Origin: Holophagaceae bacterium
GTDB lineage: Bacteria > Acidobacteriota > Holophagae > Holophagales > Holophagaceae
Length of the DNA: 64,000 bases
Direction of reading: 5' to 3'
Assembly (NCBI GenBank): GCA_025363715.1
Contig: JANYLR010000015.1
Location: 10,210-74,209, forward strand
Made by a program: the position numbers and the translations under genes. The notes under the pieces are model-generated. The model ran no database searches. It saw only the letters and a list, made by a program, of their open reading frames with translations, and had not been told where the DNA came from. Below are positions 1 to 8,054 of the stretch, one piece after another; position 1 is the stretch's first letter, and each line of letters opens with the position of its first letter.

Positions 1-260
1 GTGGCGAGGAGTTCATCGCCCTTCTGCCTGGAACCGATCTGGATACCGCCCGCTCCGTGGCCGAGCGGTTGCGGCTGGCCATCGAAGGCTGTGTGGTACT
101 GCGGACGCCCACAGGCCAGCCTCATCCCACTACGGTGAGCCTGGGCCTGACCGCGTGGCGGATGGGTGACACCATGGAAACCCTGGTCCATCGCGCCGAT
201 GAGGCCCTCTATCGTGCCAAGGCCAACGGCCGGAACCAGGTCGAGGTCGTGGAGCAGTAG
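1..260 (+). CDS. Diguanylate cyclase (GGDEF domain), C-terminal part; 5' end lies outside the window
   Basis: Frame 3 reads (G)GEEFIALLPGTD...AERLR...TVSLGLT...RADEALYRAKANGRNQV, the canonical GGDEF C-terminus. Confidence 0.9.
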   Translation, partial: GEEFIALLPGTDLDTARSVAERLRLAIEGCVVLRTPTGQPHPTTVSLGLTAWRMGDTMETLVHRADEALYRAKANGRNQVEVVEQ

Positions 261-289
261 GTCACCATGCTTCACCGGCCCTGCCTTAA

Positions 290-342
290 GAGTGCCTAAC
301 AAAACCCCACGGCGCCGCGTTGTCGGGTTTTGTTAGGCACTC
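290..342. repeat. Short perfect inverted repeat, MITE/REP-like palindrome
   Basis: GAGTGCCTAACAAAACCC (290-307) pairs with GGGTTTTGTTAGGCACTC (325-342); TAA flanks both sides (287-289, 343-345). Confidence 0.65.
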
Positions 343-354
343 TAAGATCGGTCC

Positions 355-1185
355 ATGCTCCCCACGACCCTCCGCGTCGCTCTCATCCAGCAGGCCACGG
401 TCTGGCAGGAGCCGGGCACGAACCTCGCCCGGGCCCGGGGCTTTGTCCAGGCGGCGGCCTGGTCCGGGGCCCGCGTGGCCGTGTTCCCGGAGCTCTTCAC
501 CCTGGGCTTCACCATGGCGCCGGAACCCTTCGCCGAAACGATCCCCGGCCCGACGGTGGAGGCTGTTGCCAACCTATCCCGTGAATTCGGCCTCTACCTG
601 GTGGGCTCGGTAGTCGAAGCCCATGCGCCCCACCCCCGCAACGCCGCCTTCGTCACCGCGCCGGATGGCTCCCTGGTGGCCGCCTACCGCAAGCTCCACC
701 CCTTCTCCTACGGCGAGGAGAACCTGCACTATTCAGGCGGGACGGACTGCCCACGGTTCGAGCTGGACGGCATCCCCTGCGGCCTGCAGATCTGCTATGA
801 CCTGCGCTTCCCCGAACCCTGCCGGGCCCTGGCGGTCAAGGGCGCCGAAGTGGTCTTCGTCCCCGCCAACTGGCCCGCCCGGCGCATCTCCGCCTGGTCC
901 ACCCTCCTGGCCGCCCGGGCCATCGAGAACCAAATGGCCATCTGCGGTGTCAACCGCGTGGGGCGCGACACCGCCGGCCTCGACTATCCCGGCGCCTCCG
1001 CCCTGCATGACTGCTTTGGCGAAGTCATCGCGAAAGGAGACGCCACCGAGGGGCTGGTGGTCGGGGACATCGACCTGGCCCAGCTCCGGGCCTGGCGCGA
1101 GCGCTTCCCCGCGCTCAGGGACCGGAGGGTGGGGGTTTATTCGGCGTTAGAGAACGAAAAACAAGCCACAGATGAACACAGATAA
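355..1185 (+). CDS. Carbon-nitrogen hydrolase (nitrilase superfamily, omega-amidase-like)
   Basis: Glu-Lys-Cys triad motifs FPELF, YRKLH and ICYDLRFPE; also ARAIENQ and GVNRVG. Confidence 0.9.
   Translation: MLPTTLRVALIQQATVWQEPGTNLARARGFVQAAAWSGARVAVFPELFTLGFTMAPEPFAETIPGPTVEAVANLSREFGLYLVGSVVEAHAPHPRNAAFVTAPDGSLVAAYRKLHPFSYGEENLHYSGGTDCPRFELDGIPCGLQICYDLRFPEPCRALAVKGAEVVFVPANWPARRISAWSTLLAARAIENQMAICGVNRVGRDTAGLDYPGASALHDCFGEVIAKGDATEGLVVGDIDLAQLRAWRERFPALRDRRVGVYSALENEKQATDEHR
1164..1183. repeat. Left arm of the periodic inverted repeat enclosing the cassette array
   Basis: AGCCACAGATGAACAC(AGAT) is the reverse complement of GTGTTCATCTGTGGCT at 3609-3624. Confidence 0.7.
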
Positions 1186-1204
1186 AAGCTCATGAACAAC
1201 GAGA

Positions 1205-1329
1205 AGGTATACGGATGACGCGAACCGGCCGCACCTGCAGCAGGCGATAAGCAGAGCCGAGGAAGCGGAGCGATGATCGAGAGCAGAAGGCCATGCAGGC
1301 GGGGTCCGGGTTGGGCGGAGGGACAGGGC
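1205..1329 (-). repeat. Degenerate attC site
   Basis: Aligns along its length with the attC at 2964-3087 (cctgca..aggcg..agccgaggaagc..gaagg..atg.aggcgg.gtccg.gttg.gcgga), but both core boxes are mutated. Confidence 0.6.
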
Positions 1330-1371
1330 GAACAGTCGTGCCATGATTGGTTACCTTGTTCGGGAGTTCAA

Positions 1372-1656
1372 GTGCCGGTTGGTGCGGTCATCTTTGTCGT
1401 GGTCTGGGTAGGAATGGCGCTTGGATTCGGGCTATGGATGTTGTTCTGGCCGAACCACTACTGGGAAACCTGGAGGGAATACCTGAAGGGCGGAGATCCA
1501 TTCGAAGGTGTTCGCCCCGGGCGGACTGAATACCTGAGAGCCTACGTGAATCGCCCAAACGCGAATCGAAGGGCAAGGGTGCTGGGGGCCCTATTCGTCC
1601 TGGCTGGACTAGGTGTGGCGGGTGTATTCGCCTTCGGGCGCCTTCCAACTGGGTGA
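1372..1656 (+). CDS. Small membrane protein, probable cassette gene in inverted orientation
   Basis: GGGAG RBS before GTG at 1372; two hydrophobic segments; lies between two attC-like repeats. Confidence 0.55.
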   Translation: MPVGAVIFVVVWVGMALGFGLWMLFWPNHYWETWREYLKGGDPFEGVRPGRTEYLRAYVNRPNANRRARVLGALFVLAGLGVAGVFAFGRLPTG

Positions 1657-1657
1657 G

Positions 1658-1742
1658 CCCTAAAAAATGAATCTAAGCGGCCCCGCCTGTGCCGAGGCGA
1701 TGAGGGGTGCCGAAGTAGCAAGAAGATGAGAGCGCGCGGAGG
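1658..1742 (-). repeat. Degenerate, truncated attC site
   Basis: ccctaaa...cggccccgcctgtgccgaggc...gccga...gagagcgcgcgga aligns with the first ~85 bp of the attC at 2363-2486; the other end is missing. Confidence 0.55.
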
Positions 1743-1760
1743 ATCAGGCTGGTGCCGCAT

Positions 1761-2357
1761 TTAACGAATAAGGCTGGTGGCCTGTTTATGCTTGCGGCCC
1801 CGTGAAGCCAGCACTGCAAAGGTGCCGTTGAGAAGAAACAGGTAGGCTACAAAAGCAGCCGTTTCAAAGTTGTAGGTTTGAACCGACAGAAAGCTGATCC
1901 CGAAGCCGACTGTGCTGACAGCATAGGCAATCCAACTCTCGGAATGAGGATGGCGATACGACTTGATGAGGGTCGGTATGCCCGCCAGCATATCGGCCAG
2001 CAGCGAGAACAATATGGCCAAGTTCGGGTTGTCAGTAATGGCCCAGAGGATGATGCCGATGATAGCCGCGGCCATCAGGTAGTAGTCGCGCGATTCGCTT
2101 TTCCAATAGGCTTTCTTGTTGAAGAAAGATGCAGCGACGATAAGCAGCGGTGTGAAGCCGGCGACAAACGACGTCCACGATAAGCCCTTCACGCCCTGCG
2201 CCCTTTGCGCCACAAAAATGACCAGCGGGAAGATCCCCCAAAGCAGCCATGTGATGCGATTGGGCTGGGCTTTGCCAACGATGGTTTCGTACAGGTAATA
2301 GAAGCCGCCCAGCGAGCCGATGATGGCACCAATAATCGCGCAATATTCCGGAAGCAT
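1761..2357 (-). CDS. Cassette-encoded multi-pass membrane protein (hypothetical)
   Basis: ATG 5 bp after the attC R' box GTTAGGC; about 7 hydrophobic helices; GC visibly lower than in flanking genes. Confidence 0.75.
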   Translation of the reverse strand: MLPEYCAIIGAIIGSLGGFYYLYETIVGKAQPNRITWLLWGIFPLVIFVAQRAQGVKGLSWTSFVAGFTPLLIVAASFFNKKAYWKSESRDYYLMAAAIIGIILWAITDNPNLAILFSLLADMLAGIPTLIKSYRHPHSESWIAYAVSTVGFGISFLSVQTYNFETAAFVAYLFLLNGTFAVLASRGRKHKQATSLIR

Positions 2358-2362
2358 GAAGG

Positions 2363-2486
2363 GCCTAACGAAGGCAGCAAACCGGCCTCGCCTGCACCGA
2401 GGCACTTAACGAAGCCGAGAAAGCGGAATGAAGAGAAAGAGCGGAAGGCAAGGTAGATGGGGGCCGAGTTGAGCTAGGGGTTAGGC
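2363..2486 (-). repeat. attC site (integron cassette recombination site), 124 bp
   Basis: Minus strand reads GCCTAAC-CCCTA-GCTCAACT ... GGTTTGC-TGCCTTC-GTTAGGC: RYYYAAC/GTTRRRY cores, L boxes and an imperfect hairpin. Confidence 0.85.
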
Positions 2487-2519
2487 CGCAGGTTGATCAT
2501 GCTTGGTTGATTGAAATGA

Positions 2520-2921
2520 TCACGGTGCAGGCTGGGAAACCATGTGGAGTAGGCCCCATCCATGGCCATCCGGATCGACGAAGCTGTGTGTGTACATGAA
2601 CCCGAAATCCTCGGGCTTATCGTAGGTTGAACCGCCAGCCGCTAGGGCCTTTGCGACCAATTCATCTACCTGCTCGCGGCTTTCACAGCTGAGAGAAATC
2701 AGGACTTCGACTGCCTGACTTGTATCGCAAATAGCTTTGGGAGTGAACTCACGGAACTTGGCATGGGTGCCCAACATGACAGAAATTGCATCATTGATGA
2801 CGATGCACGCAGCCGTATCGTCGCTGAACTGTGGGTTGTGAGTAAATCCGAGCGCCTTGAAGAAGGTGACCGACCTCTGGAGATCAGCAACCGGGAGGGT
2901 AAGGAAAATCTGGTTGATCAT
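2520..2921 (-). CDS. VOC/glyoxalase family protein (cassette gene)
   Basis: IFLTLPVADLQRSVTFFKALGF..., GFMY.HSFVDPDGHGW; GGAG RBS. Confidence 0.85.
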   Translation of the reverse strand: MINQIFLTLPVADLQRSVTFFKALGFTHNPQFSDDTAACIVINDAISVMLGTHAKFREFTPKAICDTSQAVEVLISLSCESREQVDELVAKALAAGGSTYDKPEDFGFMYTHSFVDPDGHGWGLLHMVSQPAP

Positions 2922-2963
2922 GCCAATCTCCTTTGACCTATTGGTTACGGCGATGGGGTTGCG

Positions 2964-3087
2964 GCCTAACGAAGGAAGCTAACCCACCCCGCCTGCACCG
3001 AGGCGCTGAGCGAAGCCGAGGAAGCAGGGAGTTGAGAGAGAACGGAAGGCAATGTAGGCGGAGTCCGAGTTGAGCGGAAGGTTAGGC
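2964..3087 (-). repeat. attC site, 124 bp
   Basis: Minus strand reads GCCTAAC-CTTCC-GCTCAACT ... GGTTAGC-TTCCTTC-GTTAGGC with an extrahelical base in L''; the upstream gene's TAA stop lies inside R''. Confidence 0.88.
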
Positions 3088-3474
3088 GCTACCCGCTAGA
3101 ATTTCATACACGGGCTTGTTGTCGGCGAAGATTTGCCACTCAGCAATGTGCCCATCGACCACCTTCGCCCGCCAGGCTGCTGGGATGCACCACGAAATGC
3201 CGCTAGGTGCATGCGTTGCAGACGCAGTTCCGCAGGCGACAACGGAATCACCAGACGAGGCTACAAGAGATACTTGGATTCTGTAATCAGGGAAGAGGGC
3301 GAAGTACTGGTGCCAACCTTGTTTTAATTGAGTGGAGTTGGAATAACTTGTTCCCAAAGAATCAATGAGCACGTGATCAGAAGAATTTAGTTCAGTGATG
3401 GCCACAGGGTCGTGGGAGTTGATGCGCTCGATGTAATGCTGAACAACCGATTCGGGGTTTCCTTTGAGTTGCAT
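3082..3474 (-). CDS. SnoaL/NTF2-like family protein (first cassette)
   Basis: VVQHYIERINSHD...W.QYFALFPDY...DGHIAEWQIFADN; GGAGG RBS; stop codon overlaps the attC. Confidence 0.8.
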   Translation of the reverse strand: MQLKGNPESVVQHYIERINSHDPVAITELNSSDHVLIDSLGTSYSNSTQLKQGWHQYFALFPDYRIQVSLVASSGDSVVACGTASATHAPSGISWCIPAAWRAKVVDGHIAEWQIFADNKPVYEILAGSA

Positions 3475-3491
3475 TGAAACCTCCCTGTAGC

Positions 3492-3510
3492 GCCTAACTT
3501 TGAATTAGGC
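3492..3510 (-). other. attI-like integron attachment site
   Basis: Minus strand GCCTAATTCAAAGTTAGGC closely resembles the class 1 attI simple site (..CCCTAAAACAAAG/TTRRRY) and sits directly before the first cassette. Confidence 0.65.
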
Positions 3511-3596
3511 AAACTGCTGTGAGTCCAAGTCATCGCATGTTCGCTTCGGGTTCCTGGCGAGGGTCGCTGGGCTGAGTTTGTGTGGCTATTCGCCCT

Positions 3597-3624
3597 TCAT
3601 CTTGGTCGGTGTTCATCTGTGGCT
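3597..3624. repeat. Right arm of the periodic inverted repeat enclosing the cassette array
   Basis: GTGTTCATCTGTGGCT (3609-3624) is a perfect 16-bp complement of 1164-1179. Confidence 0.7.
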
Positions 3625-3637
3625 AATCCTTCTTTTT

Positions 3638-4711
3638 TCACTTCGGCGGATTCGCCGGCGCATCCCGCTTGTACCAGGACGCCTGCCCATAGACGGGCTT
3701 CACTTTTTGTTCCATGGCTTCCAGCTGTAATGCATTCAGTGGCAAAAACTCCCGCGCGATCCGCACGTTCTCTTCGAGCTGGGCCACGTTGTCCACGCCG
3801 ATGATGACGGTGCTCACGGGGTGGCTCAAGGCGTAGCGCATGGCCTCCCGCATGGTGAGGGTGCCGGGGCGGTCGTGCTTGGCGGTGCCGCGCTGCTTGT
3901 CGGGGGGCGGGGGCTGGACGCCTTCGAGGATGCGACCCCGGGCGGGGATCTTCATGCCGATGATGCCCATCTCCTTGTCGATGGCCAGGGGCAGCAGGGT
4001 CTTCTTGAAGGGCAGGTGCCAGGTATCGGCGGCATTGAAGGCCATGAGCACGCAGTCGAAGGGGAAGCGGCGGATGGCCTCCGCCAGCACATCGGGATCC
4101 GTGTGGCCGCTGAGGCCCAGGAAGCGGACGAGTTTCTGGTCCCGGGCCCTCTGGAAGGCTTCGAGTGCCCCGCCCTTGGCGCAGACATCGTCCACATCCT
4201 TCATGGTGCTCATGGCATGCAGCTGCCAGAGGTCCACGTGGTCCGTCTGCAGAAGCTTCAGCGAGGTCTCCAGGATACGCAGGGAGCCGTCCGCCGTACG
4301 GTCGTGGGTCTTGGTGGCGAGGAAGGCCTCTTTCCGCCGCCGCTTCATGACCTGCCCGAAGTACTGCTCGCTCCAGCGGGAGTCGCCGCCGTACCGGGCG
4401 GAGGTGTCCAGGTAGTTCACGCCAAGATCCAGGGCCCGCTCAATGATCGGCACGGCCACCTTTTCGTTCTCAGGTTTCTCGATGGCCGCCTGGCCACCGA
4501 GGCTGAAGAGCCCCACCAGGTGCCCGGTTCGCCCCAGGTTGCGAGTGGGCATGGCGCTGGTGGTCATCGAATTGAACGGAACCCATGAAAGAGGCTTGGT
4601 CTCCGGAGACGCCAGGGTCTCCACTGCCCCCAACCTTGCGGCCACCAACCCGGCGGCCGTGGCCGCGCCGAGCTTGAAGAGGTCACGACGGGTGGTTCCG
4701 GCGTCGCTCAT
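3638..4711 (-). CDS. Aldo/keto reductase with twin-arginine (Tat) signal peptide
   Basis: TRRDLFK Tat motif; NYLDTSARYG, FLATKT, LQTDHVDLWQLH; AGGAGG RBS. Confidence 0.9.
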   Translation of the reverse strand: MSDAGTTRRDLFKLGAATAAGLVAARLGAVETLASPETKPLSWVPFNSMTTSAMPTRNLGRTGHLVGLFSLGGQAAIEKPENEKVAVPIIERALDLGVNYLDTSARYGGDSRWSEQYFGQVMKRRRKEAFLATKTHDRTADGSLRILETSLKLLQTDHVDLWQLHAMSTMKDVDDVCAKGGALEAFQRARDQKLVRFLGLSGHTDPDVLAEAIRRFPFDCVLMAFNAADTWHLPFKKTLLPLAIDKEMGIIGMKIPARGRILEGVQPPPPDKQRGTAKHDRPGTLTMREAMRYALSHPVSTVIIGVDNVAQLEENVRIAREFLPLNALQLEAMEQKVKPVYGQASWYKRDAPANPPK

Positions 4712-4930
4712 GGCATCCTCCTGCGGTCTCCAGTATCGCGCGGAACGCTCCACGCGCTCCTCGCCAATCCGTTCATGATCCTCCGCGCCAGGCGCCCCTA
4801 CCCCCGCGCACGCAGGCGACCCAGCGGGAACCGTCTGCTAGCATGAGGGCCATTCTGCCCAGACAGCCCCAGCCACACGAGACCCTACGGTCCCTCGATA
4901 TGGTGCATTCCCTTCCCGGAGGCACAGACC

Positions 4931-7900
4931 ATGAGCCTTGACCTCGGAAGCCTTGACGGCCGCATCGAACTGGGAGAACTCATCGGCCAGGGCGGCATGG
5001 GCGAGGTGCATAAGGCCTGGGATCGCACCCTGGCCCGCGCAGTGGCCGTCAAGTTCATCCATGGCACGGGGGCGGCGGAAGCGGAGCGACTGCTCATCGA
5101 AGCCCGGCTCCAGGCTCGCGTCGAACACCCGCGTGTCGTGCGCGTGCTCGAAGTAGGGACGCTGGCGGGACGCCCGTGCATCCTGTTCCAGCTTGTGACC
5201 GGCAGGACCTTGCAGGAATGGACCGCCGACCTGCCGACATCCGACCTGGTGGAGCTGGTCCGCCAGGCGGCCACCGGCTTGCATGCCGCCCACCTCCAGG
5301 GACTGGTCCACCGGGATGTCAAACCGGGCAACATTCTGGTCGAAGCAGTGGAGGGCAGTACCCGTTCCGCGCTGGTCACCGATTTCGGCCTGGCTCACGG
5401 CGAGGAAGGCGGCCTCACCCGCTCTGGCATGCTCCCCGGAACCCTCGACTTCATGGCACCCGAGCAGCTCGCTGGGGTCGGCCCCATCGATTTCCGTTCG
5501 GATGTCTACGCCCTGGGCGCCACGCTGTACGCGGTGCTGGCTGGGAGGCCGCCCTTTCGCGTGTCCTCGGCGAAGCCGGAAGCGGAGGAGCAGCTGCGGT
5601 TGCTCAAGCGGATCCTGGACGAAGAGGCGCCCGCCTTGACCACGGTCGTCCCCGGCCTCCCAGGCGAACTATCCCTGATCGTCGCCAAGGCGATGGAGAA
5701 GGACCCGTCCTCCCGGTACCCGACGGCCGAAGCCTTTGCCGAAGATCTGGCGCGCTTCCAACGCGGTGAGCCCATCCTGGCGCGCCAAGTCACCTGGGCG
5801 GAGCGGGCATTCAAATGGATCCGGCGCAACCCGACGACCGCCCAGGCCATCGGCGCGGTGGCGGCCATCCTCCTCATCGCGAGTGGCTTCACCCTCTGGC
5901 TGTCCCGCCAGGCCAGTGTCGAGGCCCTGGAAGCTTCGCGCCTCGGGGCCGAGGCCGAACAGATGCACGAGCTCATCCGGGTGGAAATGCTCCTCCCCTC
6001 CCACGATCTCTCGCCGGCCTACGCCCGCATCCGCGCGATGGTCGCGCCTCTGGCCGCCCGGCCATCGGCCACCGCCACCGGCGCCGCCGCCTTCACGTTG
6101 GGGCGCGGCCTCCAACTGCTCGGCGATCACACCGCGGCCCATCGGGAGCTGAAACGTGCCTGGGATCTTGGTTTCCGTCGACCAGCGACCGCCCGGGCGC
6201 TGTCTGAAAGCGAGAGTCGACTCTACGCCCGCGAGGTCATCGCCCTGGGGCGCATCGATGATCCGGCGCGCAAGAAGGGTCGGCTCGATGACCTGGCCCA
6301 CCGGTTCCACGATCCGGCTGCCGCCCGCCTGAAAGGGCTGGTGGGGGCCACCGAAGCCGACCGGCAGGTGCTGGCAGCGCGGCTGGCCCTGGTCGAACAG
6401 CGCTTTGATGACGCGGCCTCGGCTGCCCGCCGGGCGACCGAAGCGGGGGCCGATGCCGTGGAGGCTGGCGAGCTGGAGGGTGAGGCCCTGTTGCTGGCCG
6501 GCAATAACCTCCGGGAGCGCGGTGACCTGGCCGGGGCCAGCCAGCGCCTAGCGGCCGCAGCCGACCGCCTCCAGCAGGCCGCCGCGGTGGGCCGAAGCGC
6601 GCCCGCGCCACGGGTGCTCCTTGCCCGGGTGCGCCTCATCCAATACGACGTCGGCATCGGCGCCGAGGGCTTCCGGCTCCCGCCGCTCGAGGCCATCGTC
6701 GCCATCCTCCGGGAGGCCGAAACCCTCGACCCGGAGAATGCCGAGCTCCACGCGGTCTGGTCGGGCGTAGAGAAGCGCCGGGGCGATGCCCAGAGCGCGG
6801 CCGGGGTCGATCCCATGGTGGCCCGCCGGTCGGCGGTCGCCCACGCCGAGCGGGCCGAGACGGCTTCGCCCTCCGACCCTCGCATCGCGCTCCTCCAGCT
6901 GGCCAATGCCTCCTACGAGCTGGCGCTGGAGCTGAGCCATGCCAGCCAGGAATCCCTCAAGGCGCTGGCCCGGGGAATCGCCGCCGCCGAACGGGCCCGG
7001 ACGCTCTCGCCCGATACCAGCGGCCCAGTCTTCAACCTAGCCCAGCTCCACCAGGCCCGGGCCAGCCTCCTGGTGCAAGGCGGCAAAGACGGTCGGGCCG
7101 CCGCTGAGGAGGCGGTCGTCGATGGCCGTCGCTTTCTGGCGCTGGGCGATCGACCGGTCACGGCGAGGGTGGTACTCGCCAAGGCGCTCGAATCGCTGGC
7201 CATCGCCCGGTGGTTCATGGGCGGCGAAGGTGAGAGCGCGCTCGCCGAGGGGCTGCAGCTACTCGAGGAGGCAACCCGAATGGCGCCGACAAACTGGGGC
7301 GTCCTGGAAAAAGGGCTCTCATTGGCGGCCACCGCCGCCGAACAGGCCCTGGCCGAGGGCCGCTCGCCCGAGGCAACCTTGCGAGCCAGCGCCCCCTGGG
7401 CCGACAGGCTGCTGCCGCTCGCCAAGGACAACATCTACTTTGCCTACGACATCGGGGCGTTCCGCCTGCAGCGGGCCCGCGCCGAGCTGGCTGCCGGTCG
7501 CGACCCAGGCCCCCTCCTCGCCGAGGCCCTGCCGCTGCTGCTGCCTTCGGCGAAGACACAGGGGGCATCCCAGGAAATGCTGGGCTTGGCAGCGTTGACC
7601 CGCGCCGCCTGGTCGTTGAAACAGGGGAAGGATCCAATCCCGGCGCTGCGGCGAGCCGAGGCCCATGGAGTGGCGGCGGCCCGTCTTGACTCCGACGACG
7701 CCGATGCGCTGCTGCTCGAAGCCCGGGCCCTGGTAGCCCTACCCCACCCGGCGACCCCGGACCTCGACCGGGCCCGGAAGGCCATCGACCGCTGCCTGGC
7801 CTTGAACCCGCGACACGGTCAGGCCTGGGTTGCTGACGCCCGCCTGCGCCAGGCCCGGGGCGATCTCCTCGGCGCCCGGGCCTCGCTGGAGCGAGCGGCA

Positions 7901-7960
7901 GCCTTGCAACCCCGGCTGGCCGAGATCGCCAAGCTCCGTGCCCTGCTCGGCCCTGGCTGA
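4931..7960 (+). CDS. Hanks-type Ser/Thr protein kinase with TM helix and TPR-like helical C-terminus
   Basis: IGQGGMGEV, VAVK, HRDVKPGN, DFG, APE, SDVYALG motifs. Confidence 0.92.
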   Translation: MSLDLGSLDGRIELGELIGQGGMGEVHKAWDRTLARAVAVKFIHGTGAAEAERLLIEARLQARVEHPRVVRVLEVGTLAGRPCILFQLVTGRTLQEWTADLPTSDLVELVRQAATGLHAAHLQGLVHRDVKPGNILVEAVEGSTRSALVTDFGLAHGEEGGLTRSGMLPGTLDFMAPEQLAGVGPIDFRSDVYALGATLYAVLAGRPPFRVSSAKPEAEEQLRLLKRILDEEAPALTTVVPGLPGELSLIVAKAMEKDPSSRYPTAEAFAEDLARFQRGEPILARQVTWAERAFKWIRRNPTTAQAIGAVAAILLIASGFTLWLSRQASVEALEASRLGAEAEQMHELIRVEMLLPSHDLSPAYARIRAMVAPLAARPSATATGAAAFTLGRGLQLLGDHTAAHRELKRAWDLGFRRPATARALSESESRLYAREVIALGRIDDPARKKGRLDDLAHRFHDPAAARLKGLVGATEADRQVLAARLALVEQRFDDAASAARRATEAGADAVEAGELEGEALLLAGNNLRERGDLAGASQRLAAAADRLQQAAAVGRSAPAPRVLLARVRLIQYDVGIGAEGFRLPPLEAIVAILREAETLDPENAELHAVWSGVEKRRGDAQSAAGVDPMVARRSAVAHAERAETASPSDPRIALLQLANASYELALELSHASQESLKALARGIAAAERARTLSPDTSGPVFNLAQLHQARASLLVQGGKDGRAAAEEAVVDGRRFLALGDRPVTARVVLAKALESLAIARWFMGGEGESALAEGLQLLEEATRMAPTNWGVLEKGLSLAATAAEQALAEGRSPEATLRASAPWADRLLPLAKDNIYFAYDIGAFRLQRARAELAAGRDPGPLLAEALPLLLPSAKTQGASQEMLGLAALTRAAWSLKQGKDPIPALRRAEAHGVAAARLDSDDADALLLEARALVALPHPATPDLDRARKAIDRCLALNPRHGQAWVADARLRQARGDLLGARASLERAAALQPRLAEIAKLRALLGPG

Positions 7961-8054
7961 CCTCCGAACCCGTGGTCGCCTGGCATTCAGGCCGGTTCAA
8001 CCCAGAAGGCTCTGCGGCAGTCGCAAAGGGTGTCCTCGTGATCCAGCGCATTTG

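Noticed and set aside
294-338. GCCTAAC...GTTAGGC as a fifth attC
   Set aside because: Arms pair perfectly with no unpaired spacer or extrahelical L-box base, and there is no similarity to the 124-bp attC family; better explained as a MITE-like palindrome.
1205-3087. Repeats as a CRISPR array
   Set aside because: Repeats are ~124 bp, divergent and separated by whole genes; no cas genes.
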